Source: Pristiophorus japonicus (taxonomy: Eukaryota). From it: DNA of 64,000 nucleotides. Of the stretch, positions 50,896-62,010 are shown piece by piece; positions within the stretch are counted from its first letter, which is position 1; every line of letters begins with the position of its first letter. Both the position numbers and the translations under genes were made by a program. The stretch covers positions 125,488,001 to 125,552,000 of the forward strand of contig NC_091992.1 of the NCBI RefSeq assembly GCF_044704955.1. Direction: 5' to 3'. The notes beneath the pieces are model-generated. The model saw only the letters and a list, made by a program, of their open reading frames with translations. It was not told the origin of the DNA and ran no database searches.

Positions 50896-52156
50896 GCATT
50901 GGCGCAGAGTGATCCTTGATGTGTGCAAGGTGACCTTTGGCGTTTGTGATTTGACAAAGAATTGGAAAGATTGGCTACGAATAAAGGGGTCCCCACTGCA
51001 CACTTTAGCACAGAATTATTATTTTTCTTTCCGCGCAGTATGGGATGGTACTCGTTATTCCACGAGCGTTGGACATCACAGGAGGAGGGCCAGCAGAAGG
51101 AGGAAGTGGTTGCCCTTGATGTCAGGTGGCACACAAAGGCATACCCTCGCGTCCCATTTTTATGCAACAAAACCAGCCCACCATACCAGGAACAGCTACC
51201 TGGAAATTGCAGAGGAGATGCGCCCAAGGTTGTCACGGAGGTTTGTAATCCTCTTGAGGAAGCCTCCAGAGAAGAGCCATCATCTTTATGGAACAATTAG
51301 TGGCCAAAGTCACCTTGGCCATCAATTGTTGTGTCAGATCCTTCCAGGCAAGCGCTGGCAACATCTGCAGAGTTGGCTAGTTTGTTATCCACAGATCTAT
51401 CAGGGCAATCATTACAGAATTATAATGTCAACGCTTTCTGTATTGAACAACAGGATCAATGTGATAGGGCAGGGCATGTCTACAAAACATTGCCCAGGAT
51501 CTCGGGGGTCAGCATTTGCGCCCATGTTGCCATTTCAGGCCCCTGCTAACCATGCTGTGCCGTAACCCGAAACAAAAAGGGGATTTTATTCTCTCAATGT
51601 CAACGTGGTATGCAACCACCAACACACAATCATGCCTCCTCCTCTGGAATCCCTCACAATACTTTCATCTTAAGGCGTTTTCCTGTTCCATCTTTGCTTG
51701 AAGGGGGATGGAACAGTGGTAGAATGGTTCCCAAGAGACTAAGGCTACCTGCTGTAGTCATAGCTGGAGACACCTCTGTGACAACTATAGCAGGAGCAAA
51801 GAGCAGAGGCAACAAAGTTCCGGTTCTAGAATCAAATATACCAGAGGGATTTTGAAGCAGCCAGGTGGTGGGGAGATGTTACCTTCCAGTACAAGCCCTT
51901 CCACCCTAACCATGCCTTCAAGAATAATTAGGGTCTGGTGCTTGATCCTTAACCATGTCCTGCATATCGCTGAAGTCATGGAAGACCAAGAGGGTGAACA
52001 TTAAAATGAGAAGTTAGCAATGCAGCAAGAATAACTGGTGCATCAGACATTAATTCAAGATACAGAAGAACATAAGAACATAAGAATTAGGAGCAGGAGT
52101 AGGCCATTTGGCCCCTCGAGCCTGCTCCGCCATTCAACAAGATCATGGCTGATCTG

Positions 52157-52290
52157 TAATACTATTTATGTGTTATTATAGAATATATTTAATATATAAA
52201 TCATATGTTAATATATAATATATTATATTAATATATTATAGTATAAGTTCACTGTAGTAATTTATTATAAATTTATGCATTTGATATATA
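52157..52290. repeat. AT-rich low-complexity tract
   Basis: TA-rich degenerate repeat. Confidence 0.75.
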
Positions 52291-52956
52291 TGCACCGCTC
52301 TAACCCCGCCCACCTGAATATGGCTCAGGGAGGGAAAATCACCCGCCCGCGGCGGCCGATCGATTTTTGCCGATCGGCCGCCCAAACCCCGCGGTAGCCG
52401 TCCCTTTGGGGACGGTGACTTTCGGCCCCTATATATTTGCAGGGCTACAAGGAAAGAACAGTGGGGTGGGACTAATTGCATCGCTCTTTCAAACAGCCGA
52501 CACAGTCACGGTGGGCTGAATGGTCTCCTTCTGTGCTGTACAATTCTAAGAATGGAAATTCTAGCCACATGGCAACCTCGATCAGACAGTATACTGGTGC
52601 TTTATGGACAAGGGAAATACTTCTGCTTGGTGAGAACGAAAGATCAACACTCTCAAATATCATGTGCATCTTGTTCTACCGTGTGATCTTAATGTAACAT
52701 ATGAAGAGTGGGGTTAATCACATTGGGGGCGGGGGCGGAGGGGGATCTAATTAATAGGAAGCCTTGCCCTTCTTCACTTCATAAGAACATAAGAGATAGC
52801 AGGAGTAGGCCATTTGGGCCTGCTCCGCCATGTAATAAGATCATGGCTGAAATGATCTTGGCCTCAACTCCACTTTCTTGCCTGTTCCCCATAATCCCTT
52901 ATCCCCTAGTAATGTATGCACCTGTGAGTATACTCACAGGTTTGTAGAACTGTTGA

Positions 52957-53773
52957 TCTGCGCGGAGGGGTTTCCTGTACAGGCTGCGCCTGCACAATCT
53001 CAACCTTGCCATCCTCGTCTACGCGGGAGTCCTCCCACTATTCATCGGGGACTTGGCCTGGAGGGTGGTGCACGGAGCAGTCCCGTGCAACAAATTTTTG
53101 AGCCGGTTCACGGGCTCCCAGGCCGCCTGCAATTTCTGCGGTCTGGAAAAGTCCGTGTTCCACGTTTTTATCGAATGTACGAGGTTGCAGCCCCTGTTCC
53201 ATTATTTAAAGGGGCTGCTCCTCAATTTCTGGTTGCACTTCAGTCCCACACTCCTGATCTTTGGGCACCCCTGTGCGGAGGGGAGTGGGTAGGTCCGAGG
53301 GCCTCCTCGTAGGACTGCTCCTGGGCACGGCCAAGGGTGCCATCAGCCGGTCCAGGCAGCGGGCGGTCGAGGGGGTCGTTCAGCCTGACTGCCTGCCTCT
53401 CTTCTGCACCTACATCCGGGCCAGGGTGTCCCTGGAGATGGAGCATGCGGTGTCCACCGGTACGCTCGCTGCCTTCGGCGAGAGGTGGGCACCGGAGGGA
53501 CTGGAGTGCATCGTTACCCCCGGCAACCAAATTTTAATTTGATTTTATGTTTTAAAATGTAATTTGTTATTGCCGGATTTTTAGTGTCCCCCTCCCCTTT
53601 TATAGGGGGCACTTGTAAAATATGTAATTTTAATGCCCTAAAAAAAAACACAAAAAAAACCCCTACAAAAATACAAAAAAAAACAACAAAAAAAAGGGGC
53701 CTTTGGAAATGTTTGGAGTGTCCCCCAGATCGGGGGGCACTTGATCTAATGTATTTTGTTTACTCTAAAAGAG
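52957..53773 (+). mobile_element. Tx1-clade LINE 3' fragment, copy 1 (ORF2 C-terminal CCHC finger)
   Basis: WRVVHGAVPCNKFLSRFTGSQAACNFCGLEKSVFHVFIECTRLQPLF, resembling the Xenopus Tx1 ORF2 C-terminus; flanked by TTGTAGAACTGTTGA (52942-52956, 53774-53788). Confidence 0.9.
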
Positions 53774-53788
53774 TTGTAGAACTGTTGA

Positions 53789-54694
53789 TCTGCGCGGAGG
53801 GGTTTCCTGTACGGGCTGCTCCTGCACACTCTCCACCTTGCCATCCTCATCTGCCGTCCGGACACGCCATGGCGCACCATCTTGCCGTCCGGAGGAGGCA
53901 GGGGTCCCCGATGAAGGGCACTCTACACGGGAGTCCTCCCATTATTCATCGGGGACTTGGCCTGGAGGGTGGTGCACGGAGCAGTCCCGTGCAACAAATT
54001 TTTAAGCCAGTTCACGGGCTCCCAGGCCGCCTGCAATTTCTGCGATCTGGAAAAGTCCGTGTTCCACGTTTTTATCGAATGTACGAGGTTGCAGCCCCTG
54101 TTCCATTATTTAAAGGGGCTGCTCCTCAATTTCTGGTTGCACTTCAGTCCCACACTCCTGATCTTTGGGCACCCTGTGCGGAGGGGAGCGGGTAGGTCCG
54201 AGGGCCTCCTCGTTGGACTGCTCCTGGGCACGGCCAAGGGTGCCATCAGCCGGTCCAGGCAGCGAGGGGGTCGTTCAGCCTGACTGCCTGCCTCTCTTCC
54301 GCGCTTACATCCGAGCCAGGGTGTCCTTGGAGATGGAGCACGTGGTGTCCACCGGTACGCTCGCGGCCATCCGCGAGAGGTGGGCGCCGGAGGGACTGGA
54401 GTGCATTATCACCCCCGGCAACCAAATTTTAATTTGATTTTACATGTTTTAAAGTTTAATTTGTTTTAATTGCCGGGGTTTTAGTGTCCCCCTCCCCTTT
54501 TATAGGGGGCACTTGTAAAATATGTAATTTTAATGCCCCCCAAAAATTTAAAAAACCCAAAATAACCCAAAAAAAACAAACAAAAAAAAAAGAAAAAAGA
54601 GGGCAGTTAAAAGTGTCTGGAGTGTCCCCCCAGATCAGGGGGTGGGGGGGCACTTGATCTAATGTTTATTTTGTTCCTCCCTCCCCCAAAAGAG
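53789..54694 (+). mobile_element. Tx1-clade LINE 3' fragment, copy 2
   Basis: Same CCHC finger; ORF ends PGNQILI* at 54437; followed by GTGTAGAACTGTTGA (54695-54709). Confidence 0.9.
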
Positions 54695-55062
54695 GTGTAG
54701 AACTGTTGAGCTGTGAGTGGCTTAGCCAGTCACGTGATGTTCACAAGACTCAATAAAACCCCGGCCAGTTGGGTTCGGGAGATCCACGATTAGGCAGGTG
54801 GTTGTGAGCCTGGTGGATGAACTGGTAATGTGTCGTGTGATTGTTAGACCGTTACTAATAAACCAACTCGTTCTTAATAGCAATGTGTTGTTCTGAATTC
54901 TTAAGCAAAGAACCCATGAAGCAAATACATTACACCCCTGTAGTTCAAAAATCTGTCTATCTCAGCCTTGAATATATTCAATGATCCAGCTTCCACAGCT
55001 CTCTGGGGTAGAAAATTCTGAAGGTTTACGACCCTCAGAGAAGAAATTCCTCCTCATCTTCG

Positions 55063-56113
55063 TCAGACAGGAAGCAAAGAGTAGGAATAAACGGGTCCTT
55101 TTCAGAATGGCAGGCAGTGACTAGTGGGGTACCGCAAGGTTCAGTGCTGGGACCCCAGCTATTTACAATATACATTAATGATTTAGATGAAGGAATTCAA
55201 TGTAATATCTCCAAGTTTGCAGATGACACTAAGCTGGGTGGCAGTGTGAGTTGTGAGGAGGATGCTAAGAGGCTGCAGGGTGACTTGAACAGGTTAGGTG
55301 AGTGGGCAAATGCATGGCAGATGCAGTATAATGTGGATAAATGTGAGGTTATCCACTTTGGTGGTAAAAACAGGAAGGCAGAATATTATCTGAATGGTGA
55401 CAGATTAGGAAAAGGGGAGGTGCAACGAGACCTGGGTGTCATGGTACATTAGTCATTGAAAATTTACATGCAGGTACAGCAGGCGGTGAAGAAGGCAAAT
55501 GGCATGTTGGCCTTCATAGCGAGAGGATTTGAGTATAGGAGCAGGGAGGTCTTACTGCAGTTGTACAGGGCCTTGGTGAGGCCACACCTTGAATATTGTG
55601 TACAGTTTTGGTCTCCTAATCTGAGGAAGGACATTCTTGCTATTGAGGGAGTGCAGCAAAGGTTCACCAGACTGATTCCTGGGATGGCAGGACTGACATA
55701 TGAAGAAAGACTGGATCGACTAAGCTTATATTCAATGGAATTTAGAAGAATGAGAGGGGATCTCATAGAAACATATAAAATTCTGACAGGATTGGACAGG
55801 ATAGATGCAGGAAGAATGTTCCCGATGTTGGGGAAGTCCAGAACCAGGGGTCACAGTCTAAGGATAAGGGGTAAGCCATTTGGGACCGGGATGAGGAGAA
55901 ACTTCTTCACTCAGAGAATTGTGAACTTGTGGAATTCTCTACCACAGAAAGTTGTTGAGGCCAGTTCGTTAAAGGGATCAAGGGGTATGGAGAGAAAGCA
56001 GGAATGGGGTACTGACGTTGCATGATCAGCCACGATCATATTGAATGGTGGTGCAGGCTGAAGGGCCGAATAGCCTACTTCTGCACCTATTTTCTATGTT
56101 TCTATGTTTCTAT
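55063..56113 (+). mobile_element. CR1 LINE, 5'-truncated
   Basis: [27 protein letters not shown]; (TTTCTATG)n tail. Confidence 0.92.
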
Positions 56114-56770
56114 GTTAAATGGGCGACCCCTTATTCTGAAACTATGCCCCCAAGTTCTAGATTACCCCATGAGGGGAAACATCCTCTCAGCATCTACCCT
56201 GTCAAGCCCCCTCAGAATCTTATATGTTTCAATGAGATCACCTCTCATTCTTCCAAACTCCAATGAGTATAGACCCAACCTGCTCAACCTTTCCTCACAA
56301 GACAATCCTTTCATCTCAGGAATTAACCTAGTGAACCTTCTCTGAACACCCTGCAATGCAAGTATATCCCTCCTTAAATAGGGAAACCAAAACTGTACAC
56401 AGTACTCCAGGTGTGGACTCAGCAATGCCCTGTACAGTTGTAGCAAGACTTCCCTACCTTTATACTCCATCCCCCTTGCAATAAAGGCCAACATTCCATT
56501 TGCATCTTAATAACTTGCTGTACCTGCATGCTAACATTTTGTGTTTCCTGTACAAGATCCCCCAGATCCCTCTGTACCATGGCATTTGTGTCTCTCTATT
56601 TAAATAATATTCTGCTTTTCTATTCTTCCCACCAAAGTGGATAACCTCACATTTTCCCACATTATACTCCATCTGCCAATTTTTTGCTCTCTCACTTAAC
56701 CTATCTATATCCCTTTGCAGACTCTGTCCTCCTCGCAACTTGCTTTCCCACCTATCTTTGTATCGTCAGT
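56114..56770 (-). mobile_element. CR1 fragment
   Basis: [30 protein letters not shown]. Confidence 0.88.
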
Positions 56771-57027
56771 GTCAGATCAGGCTAGATTTACGCGACAGTT
56801 TCTCGGCTTCAGTACGAAGCAAAATAGCTTTGCTCCCCCCCCCACCACACCCCCCCTACCCACACCCCTGCTATTGTGTAAACACAACGCATGGCAGATG
56901 CAAGAGTAGCAAGGCAGACCAATGATGATTTGGGCATTTATAATGGGCAGGTTTAAAATTCTATTACACATAGCGCAACAAAGAAATCTGTACCCCGTTA
57001 CAATCCAGAGACTGGGGAAAGAGACAT

Positions 57028-57370
57028 TTTTTTATTCGTTCCTGGGATGTGGGCATCACTGACAAGGCCAGCATTTATTGCCCATCCCTAATTGAGAAGG
57101 TGGTGGTGAGCCGCCTTCTTGAACCGCTGCAGTCCTTGAGGTGAAGGTGCTCCCAAAGTGCTGTTAGGGCAGGAGTACTAGGATTATGACCCAGTGACGA
57201 TGAAGGAACGCCGATATATTTCCAAGTTAGCATGCTGTGTGACTTGGAGGGGAACTTGCAGGTGATGGTGTTCCCATGCGCCTGCTGCCCTTGTCCTTCT
57301 AGGGGGTAGAGGTCGCGGGTTTGGGAGGTGCTGTCGAAGAAGCCTTGGCGAGTTGCTGCAGTGCATCTTG
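57028..57370 (-). mobile_element. Non-LTR retrotransposon 3' end (CR1/L2 group, a separate family)
   Basis: KMHCSNSPRLLRQHLPNPRPLPPRRTRA..SF; A-rich tail. Confidence 0.6.
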
Positions 57371-58232
57371 AGAAAGAGAACAAGCAGATTCAATAGTAAC
57401 ATTCAACAGGAGAATTGGACTTGAAGTAAAAAAAAATGAAAGGAGTAAGGAGAAAGAGCGGGGGCGTGGGATTAATTAGATAGCTCTACCAAAGAACTGG
57501 TACAGACACGATGGGCCGAATGGTGTCCTTCATGCTGTATCATTCTATGGTCTATTGAAAAGCAAAGAGCTGTAATCAGAGCCATCCAGGACCTGTGCTG
57601 GATCAGAGTTTTACAAATGCCAACTATGTCATCAATTTGTATACCTTCAGTATGTAACAGCAATCTGGATTATTGTTGCTATTTATAGAAATTGTCTTCA
57701 ACAGCAGGATCAAAATCTGGACACACGAAACCCATTGTCACAATCACTGTGGTTTAAAGCTATCTTGTTGTACTGTAACAGAAACTGAACTAGAAACACC
57801 GAAATAAAAAGAAAAATACTGTTGAAAATCTATCAAAAACACACGGATCATTCAACTTCTGTAAAAAGAACAGACAAGCTCGTGTTTTGGGTATTTGGGA
57901 CCCTTTGTCAGAACTGAAAGACAAGCAAGCTTTTGGATAGAATCGAGGCCATTCGACTCGAAGGGCCGAATGGCCGACTAATGCTCCAATTTCCTATGTT
58001 TCTATGTTTCTAAGCTTTCGGACAGAATCGGGGAAGGGTGAAATAATCGGTACTGCAATGGGAGAGAGGAAGTTAATGGGTTGAGAAACCTGCCAACTGC
58101 TTAATAGAGTGCCAGATGATATCAAAGCTCATTTTAACGAGGCAATGGAAAGGCATTGAAATAATGTGGAAATAGTTAAGAGGGTGAAGACACGGGAGAG
58201 GATCAAACAAAGCTGTCAAGATAATTGGTCTT

Positions 58233-58379
58233 NNNNNNNNNNNNNNNNNNNNNNNNNNNNNNNNNNNNNNNNNNNNNNNNNNNNNNNNNNNNNNNNNNNN
58301 NNNNNNNNNNNNNNNNNNNNNNNNNNNNNNNNNNNNNNNNNNNNNNNNNNNNNNNNNNNNNNNNNNNNNNNNNNNNNNN
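58233..58379. other. Assembly gap (N run) followed by a purine-rich tract to ~58575
   Basis: Run of N in the sequence. Confidence 0.99.
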
Positions 58380-59772
58380 GAAAGAGGGTGAGAATGAGGG
58401 CGAGAACGAGGGCAAGAACGAGGACGCGAAAGAGGGAGGGAATGAGGAGAGAAAGAGAGAAAGAAGGCGAGAAAGAGAGGGAGGGAAGAGGGAGGGAACG
58501 GAGAAGAGAAAGAGGGCAAGAAAGAGGGTGAGAAATAATGAGAGAAAGAGAGAAAGAAAGAGTGAACAAAAGAAAATACCTGCAGCTGCAATTCTGAAAT
58601 GAAAAGCATGCAAGGAACACAAGGGTCTTTTAGCCGCAGAAGAGATAATAAACAGGGAAACACCCAGGCACAGACCAACCCCGCCAGGACTGTGTACCCA
58701 AAATGTCAACCTATCTCCTATCTAATCTCCCGAAATGCTGATAGGCCCACTCCACACCAAAACCACCCTCCACTGTGAAGAAAATTGGGAGGTTGGGGGT
58801 GGGGTGGAGGGGATATGGCTACAGTCTGACGTTACTAAAACCACTGTTGAAACCAGAGAGTTGCAGAGGCCGCAGGGAGAAAGTTGAGACACTCGGAGTA
58901 ATGGTGCAACTTTGCCCTCTTGGGAATCTTTCATCAGAAATTCCGGGGTGGCTCCCCTCTATTTTCCAGCCACTAACATGGTCACTCATGCGCAACTTGA
59001 ATTCCCAAAATGCGCTCCCAACAGGCACGTATCCACACCACACGCATGAAGTCAGAAAATGGCAGCTACTATTCTTCAAGCTTGCGCTGAGTCTGGTTAG
59101 AATAGCGCAGGGTTACTAAGATGGCGAGGTCACCGTGAGAATAGGAAGGGCAGTTCAAGTGGTGAGGCACAGGGAAGTCAAGGTCACGTTATCATTATCC
59201 AGGCACGCGCCGTCCACAATTTTCCAACTAGTGATGGGTGCAGAACTGAGAGTATCTGTAAAGAAGTCTATGAAGTATCTAGCATCTGGATCAAGAGAGC
59301 TCAGTCAAGAATGGGTGGGCCAAACAAGAAATGATTTATTAATAGTCAGAACATTATGGGTAGTGTACACCCAAATCACCGATACAAGGTGCTGGATGGC
59401 AGCTAGAACTTGTCAAGTTTCTCCTCGTATTCAATCCTTCCCTGCACCCAGCTGCCTGCCTGTACAACTAATGTAGTCACTGAAGATGCATTTACGGGTT
59501 ACCTAAACACTAGCTGTCTACACAAAAGAACAATCTGCAGAGTGTTCTTTGGAAATGTAGAATGTTGCAGAATTACTGCATCAAACATTACTGGAGCACT
59601 GGACTGAACTAGGAAATCCAGTAAGAGATGCGTTTGTCAGTTTCAGTTGTGTTGTATAAGGAGCAGGGGATTCCCCAGACGGAGAAATTCCCTTTCTACA
59701 GCATTTAAACGCACCCCTTGGTGAATGTATAAAGAAGCTGAATTTTCAGCATCAGCGGAGAAGTCTATAGAG

Positions 59773-61380
59773 CAGGGGTGGGCAACTATTTGGGCTGGAG
59801 GGCCACTTAACATGTTTTGGTGAGCTGTTGAGGGCCGCCCACCAATGTTCCACCAATCGTGCAGTCCCGCGCAGGCCATCCCCTGCTCCTGCTGCTGGAA
59901 GAGATCCTGCGCATGCGCGGCTGCATAGCGGACGGCCATGTAACAAATTTAGAGGGACCACGCGCGAAAAAAATGAGAGAGAACACATTGCATAAACATA
60001 AACAGATAGTAGTCAGATAATATTTTACATACACAACATGCATTCGATATTGCTTAGAAAGGAGTCAAGTTGAAAGTGTTGTGGTATTTTCTGGTCTCTG
60101 TAAATGAGTGCTGTGAAATAGAACTGTACCCTCTTTAGAGCCTGTGTCGGCATCAATTCCCCACCTCAGTCATCCTTATGTCCCTCTGCAAAGATTACTA
60201 ATGCCGGCTCAATTGATGCCAGATGAGAACTCCCCTGCCGTTGTACTCTGGATACCGAGAGAGGGAAGATGCAGTGTCGGTCACTTTCTTTGGTAAAAGA
60301 GTGCAAAATGTATAGGACATATTCAAGTACGCAGTGCATTCTGGGTATGGACGTCCGCCATTGGGGCCCAGAATCACAGGATGGGTCCTTTATGATCGGG
60401 CCAGGGAGAATCTCTTTTGCGAATTAATGGCATGGAAATCCCAGACCCCCCGGGTCCGTACGAAGTTTCTACAGATCCGGGAAGGCATCAGAAAAGTCCG
60501 TTTTCAGTGCGCAATGCGCATGCACTGAAAACTGGCTTTTCCGATCTGTCAAGTTTCTGGCTTGACAGATTTTGCGCATCTCGGGAGCGAGGACATTTGC
60601 ACTTGCAAGATTGCGGGATTTACGCATATCTTGCCCAGCATATGCCCTCAAAACTCTTGTGCCTGATAAAAGCAGCCGCATAGCCTACTTTTACAGGCGT
60701 AAGAATTTAAAAACATATCAAAAACATGATTAAAATAAAATTTTTAAAAACATATTTATGTTAAAACCCTGTCCACTCAGGTCATTTTATTTTAAACCAT
60801 AATTAAAACTTTTTAAAAAATCGGCAAATTGTTTTTCTTTAAAAAACATTTCTATCAACTTTAATTTCTATAGTGTACAGTGAGGTGTTTAAAATATTTT
60901 ATGTGATGTTTGGATGTTTGGGGGTGTTTCTCATTCATAGTAATAGGAGTTTCGGACTTATGAAACTCCTGTTACTATGAATGAGAAAATACTTTACCAT
61001 GATTGGGTGTCCAGGCCCACGTGACTCCTGCAGACGTCCCAACGTGAACGCGCTCCGTTGCGCAAGAAGAGGAGGCCTCGAATCCGCGATCTCCGGCGGG
61101 CATTCGACCAAAAGGTAGGTGCGCATCTTCTCTCCTATTTTTAGTCGAACGCCCACGGGAAGAAAAAACAGGGATTTCTGGGCCATTAATTTGAATGAAG
61201 TATTACTATGTTTTTTCCTTGGCTGCAGTTCGGGTCTGTCTGTGACCCATGAGAAGCGAAAGTGGAAAGACGATTGTGCAGCTCGAACTCCGGCTCGCGT
61301 TCTATTTCTGTCCCGTCCAGAGGGCCGGAATGACTTGGCCGGCCGGATATGGCCCGCGGGCTGTATTTTGCCCACTACTG
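59773..61380. mobile_element. Non-autonomous hAT (Charlie-like) DNA transposon
   Basis: TIRs CAGGGGTGGGCAA / TTGCCCACTACTG; perfect 8-bp TSD CTATAGAG at 59765-59772 and 61381-61388. Confidence 0.85.
60363..61184. mobile_element. Harbinger-like MITE nested in the hAT element
   Basis: GGCCCAGAATC / GATTTCTGGGCC termini; possible ATT TSD; shares CATAGCCTACTTTTAC..GCGTAAGA and the AT-rich core with 27396-28114. Confidence 0.7.
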
Positions 61381-61554
61381 CTATAGAGTACAGACCAATG
61401 GATCAAGAACAGTGGGGATGCTGAGGGCTAGCTCTATCTTGGAGAGCAAACAAAATCCCTAAATTCTGTGATCTTTGCCTTAGCTGTTGCGTCATAACAA
61501 TAGAGGAACAGTTTTTAAAAAAAGGGCAAGATTGCAGGAGTTTGCTCAATACTA

Positions 61555-62010
61555 ACATAACATTTATATTGCACCTTTAACATGGAAAAGTGTTCCAATG
61601 TGCTTCAGAGGTGAAAGGGGGAGCGGGGGTGGGGGCGGGGGGGAATGGATACCGAGCGAGTGACCAATAGCTTGGTCAGAGGTGGGTTGTAAAGGGAAGT
61701 GGCGAGGTAGTGGGGTTTAGGAAGGAAGTTCCAGAGCTGAAGGCATAGTTGCCAATAGTGGGGCAAAGGGAGAGGGGCCAGAGGGGGGGGGCCAGAGATA
61801 GAGGAGCGGAGAGCTTGGAGGGAGTTGTTGTGCAGGATGGGATACAGGCAGCAGAGCTCTGGATGAGTTGAAGTTTACGGAGGGTAGAGGATGGGAAACC
61901 AGCCAAGGAGAGCGATGGAATAGTCAAGTTTGGAGGTGAAAGGGGCGGGGGGGGAAGAGTGTTCAGCAGTTTATGGGGTGAAAGTAGAGGCAGAGGCAGG
62001 CGATGTTAGT
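61555..62010 (-). mobile_element. L2-like LINE 3' fragment, degenerate
   Basis: SLAGFPSSTLRKLQLIQSSAACI; CATTTATATTGCACC tail. Confidence 0.6.

Larger units (their letters stand above)
52908..54934 (+). mobile_element. Solo LTR family A carrying two tandem Tx1-clade fragments
   Basis: (A)GTAATGTA...TACATTACA; perfect 5-bp TSD CCCCT at 52903-52907 and 54935-54939; AATAAA at 54752. Confidence 0.88.
52779..55060 (-). mobile_element. CR1 3' end (52779-52907 and 54935-55060) split by LTR family A
   Basis: CATAAGAACATAAG tail; sequence resumes ..AAAAATCTGTCTATCTCAGCCTTGAATAT after the LTR. Confidence 0.78.
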
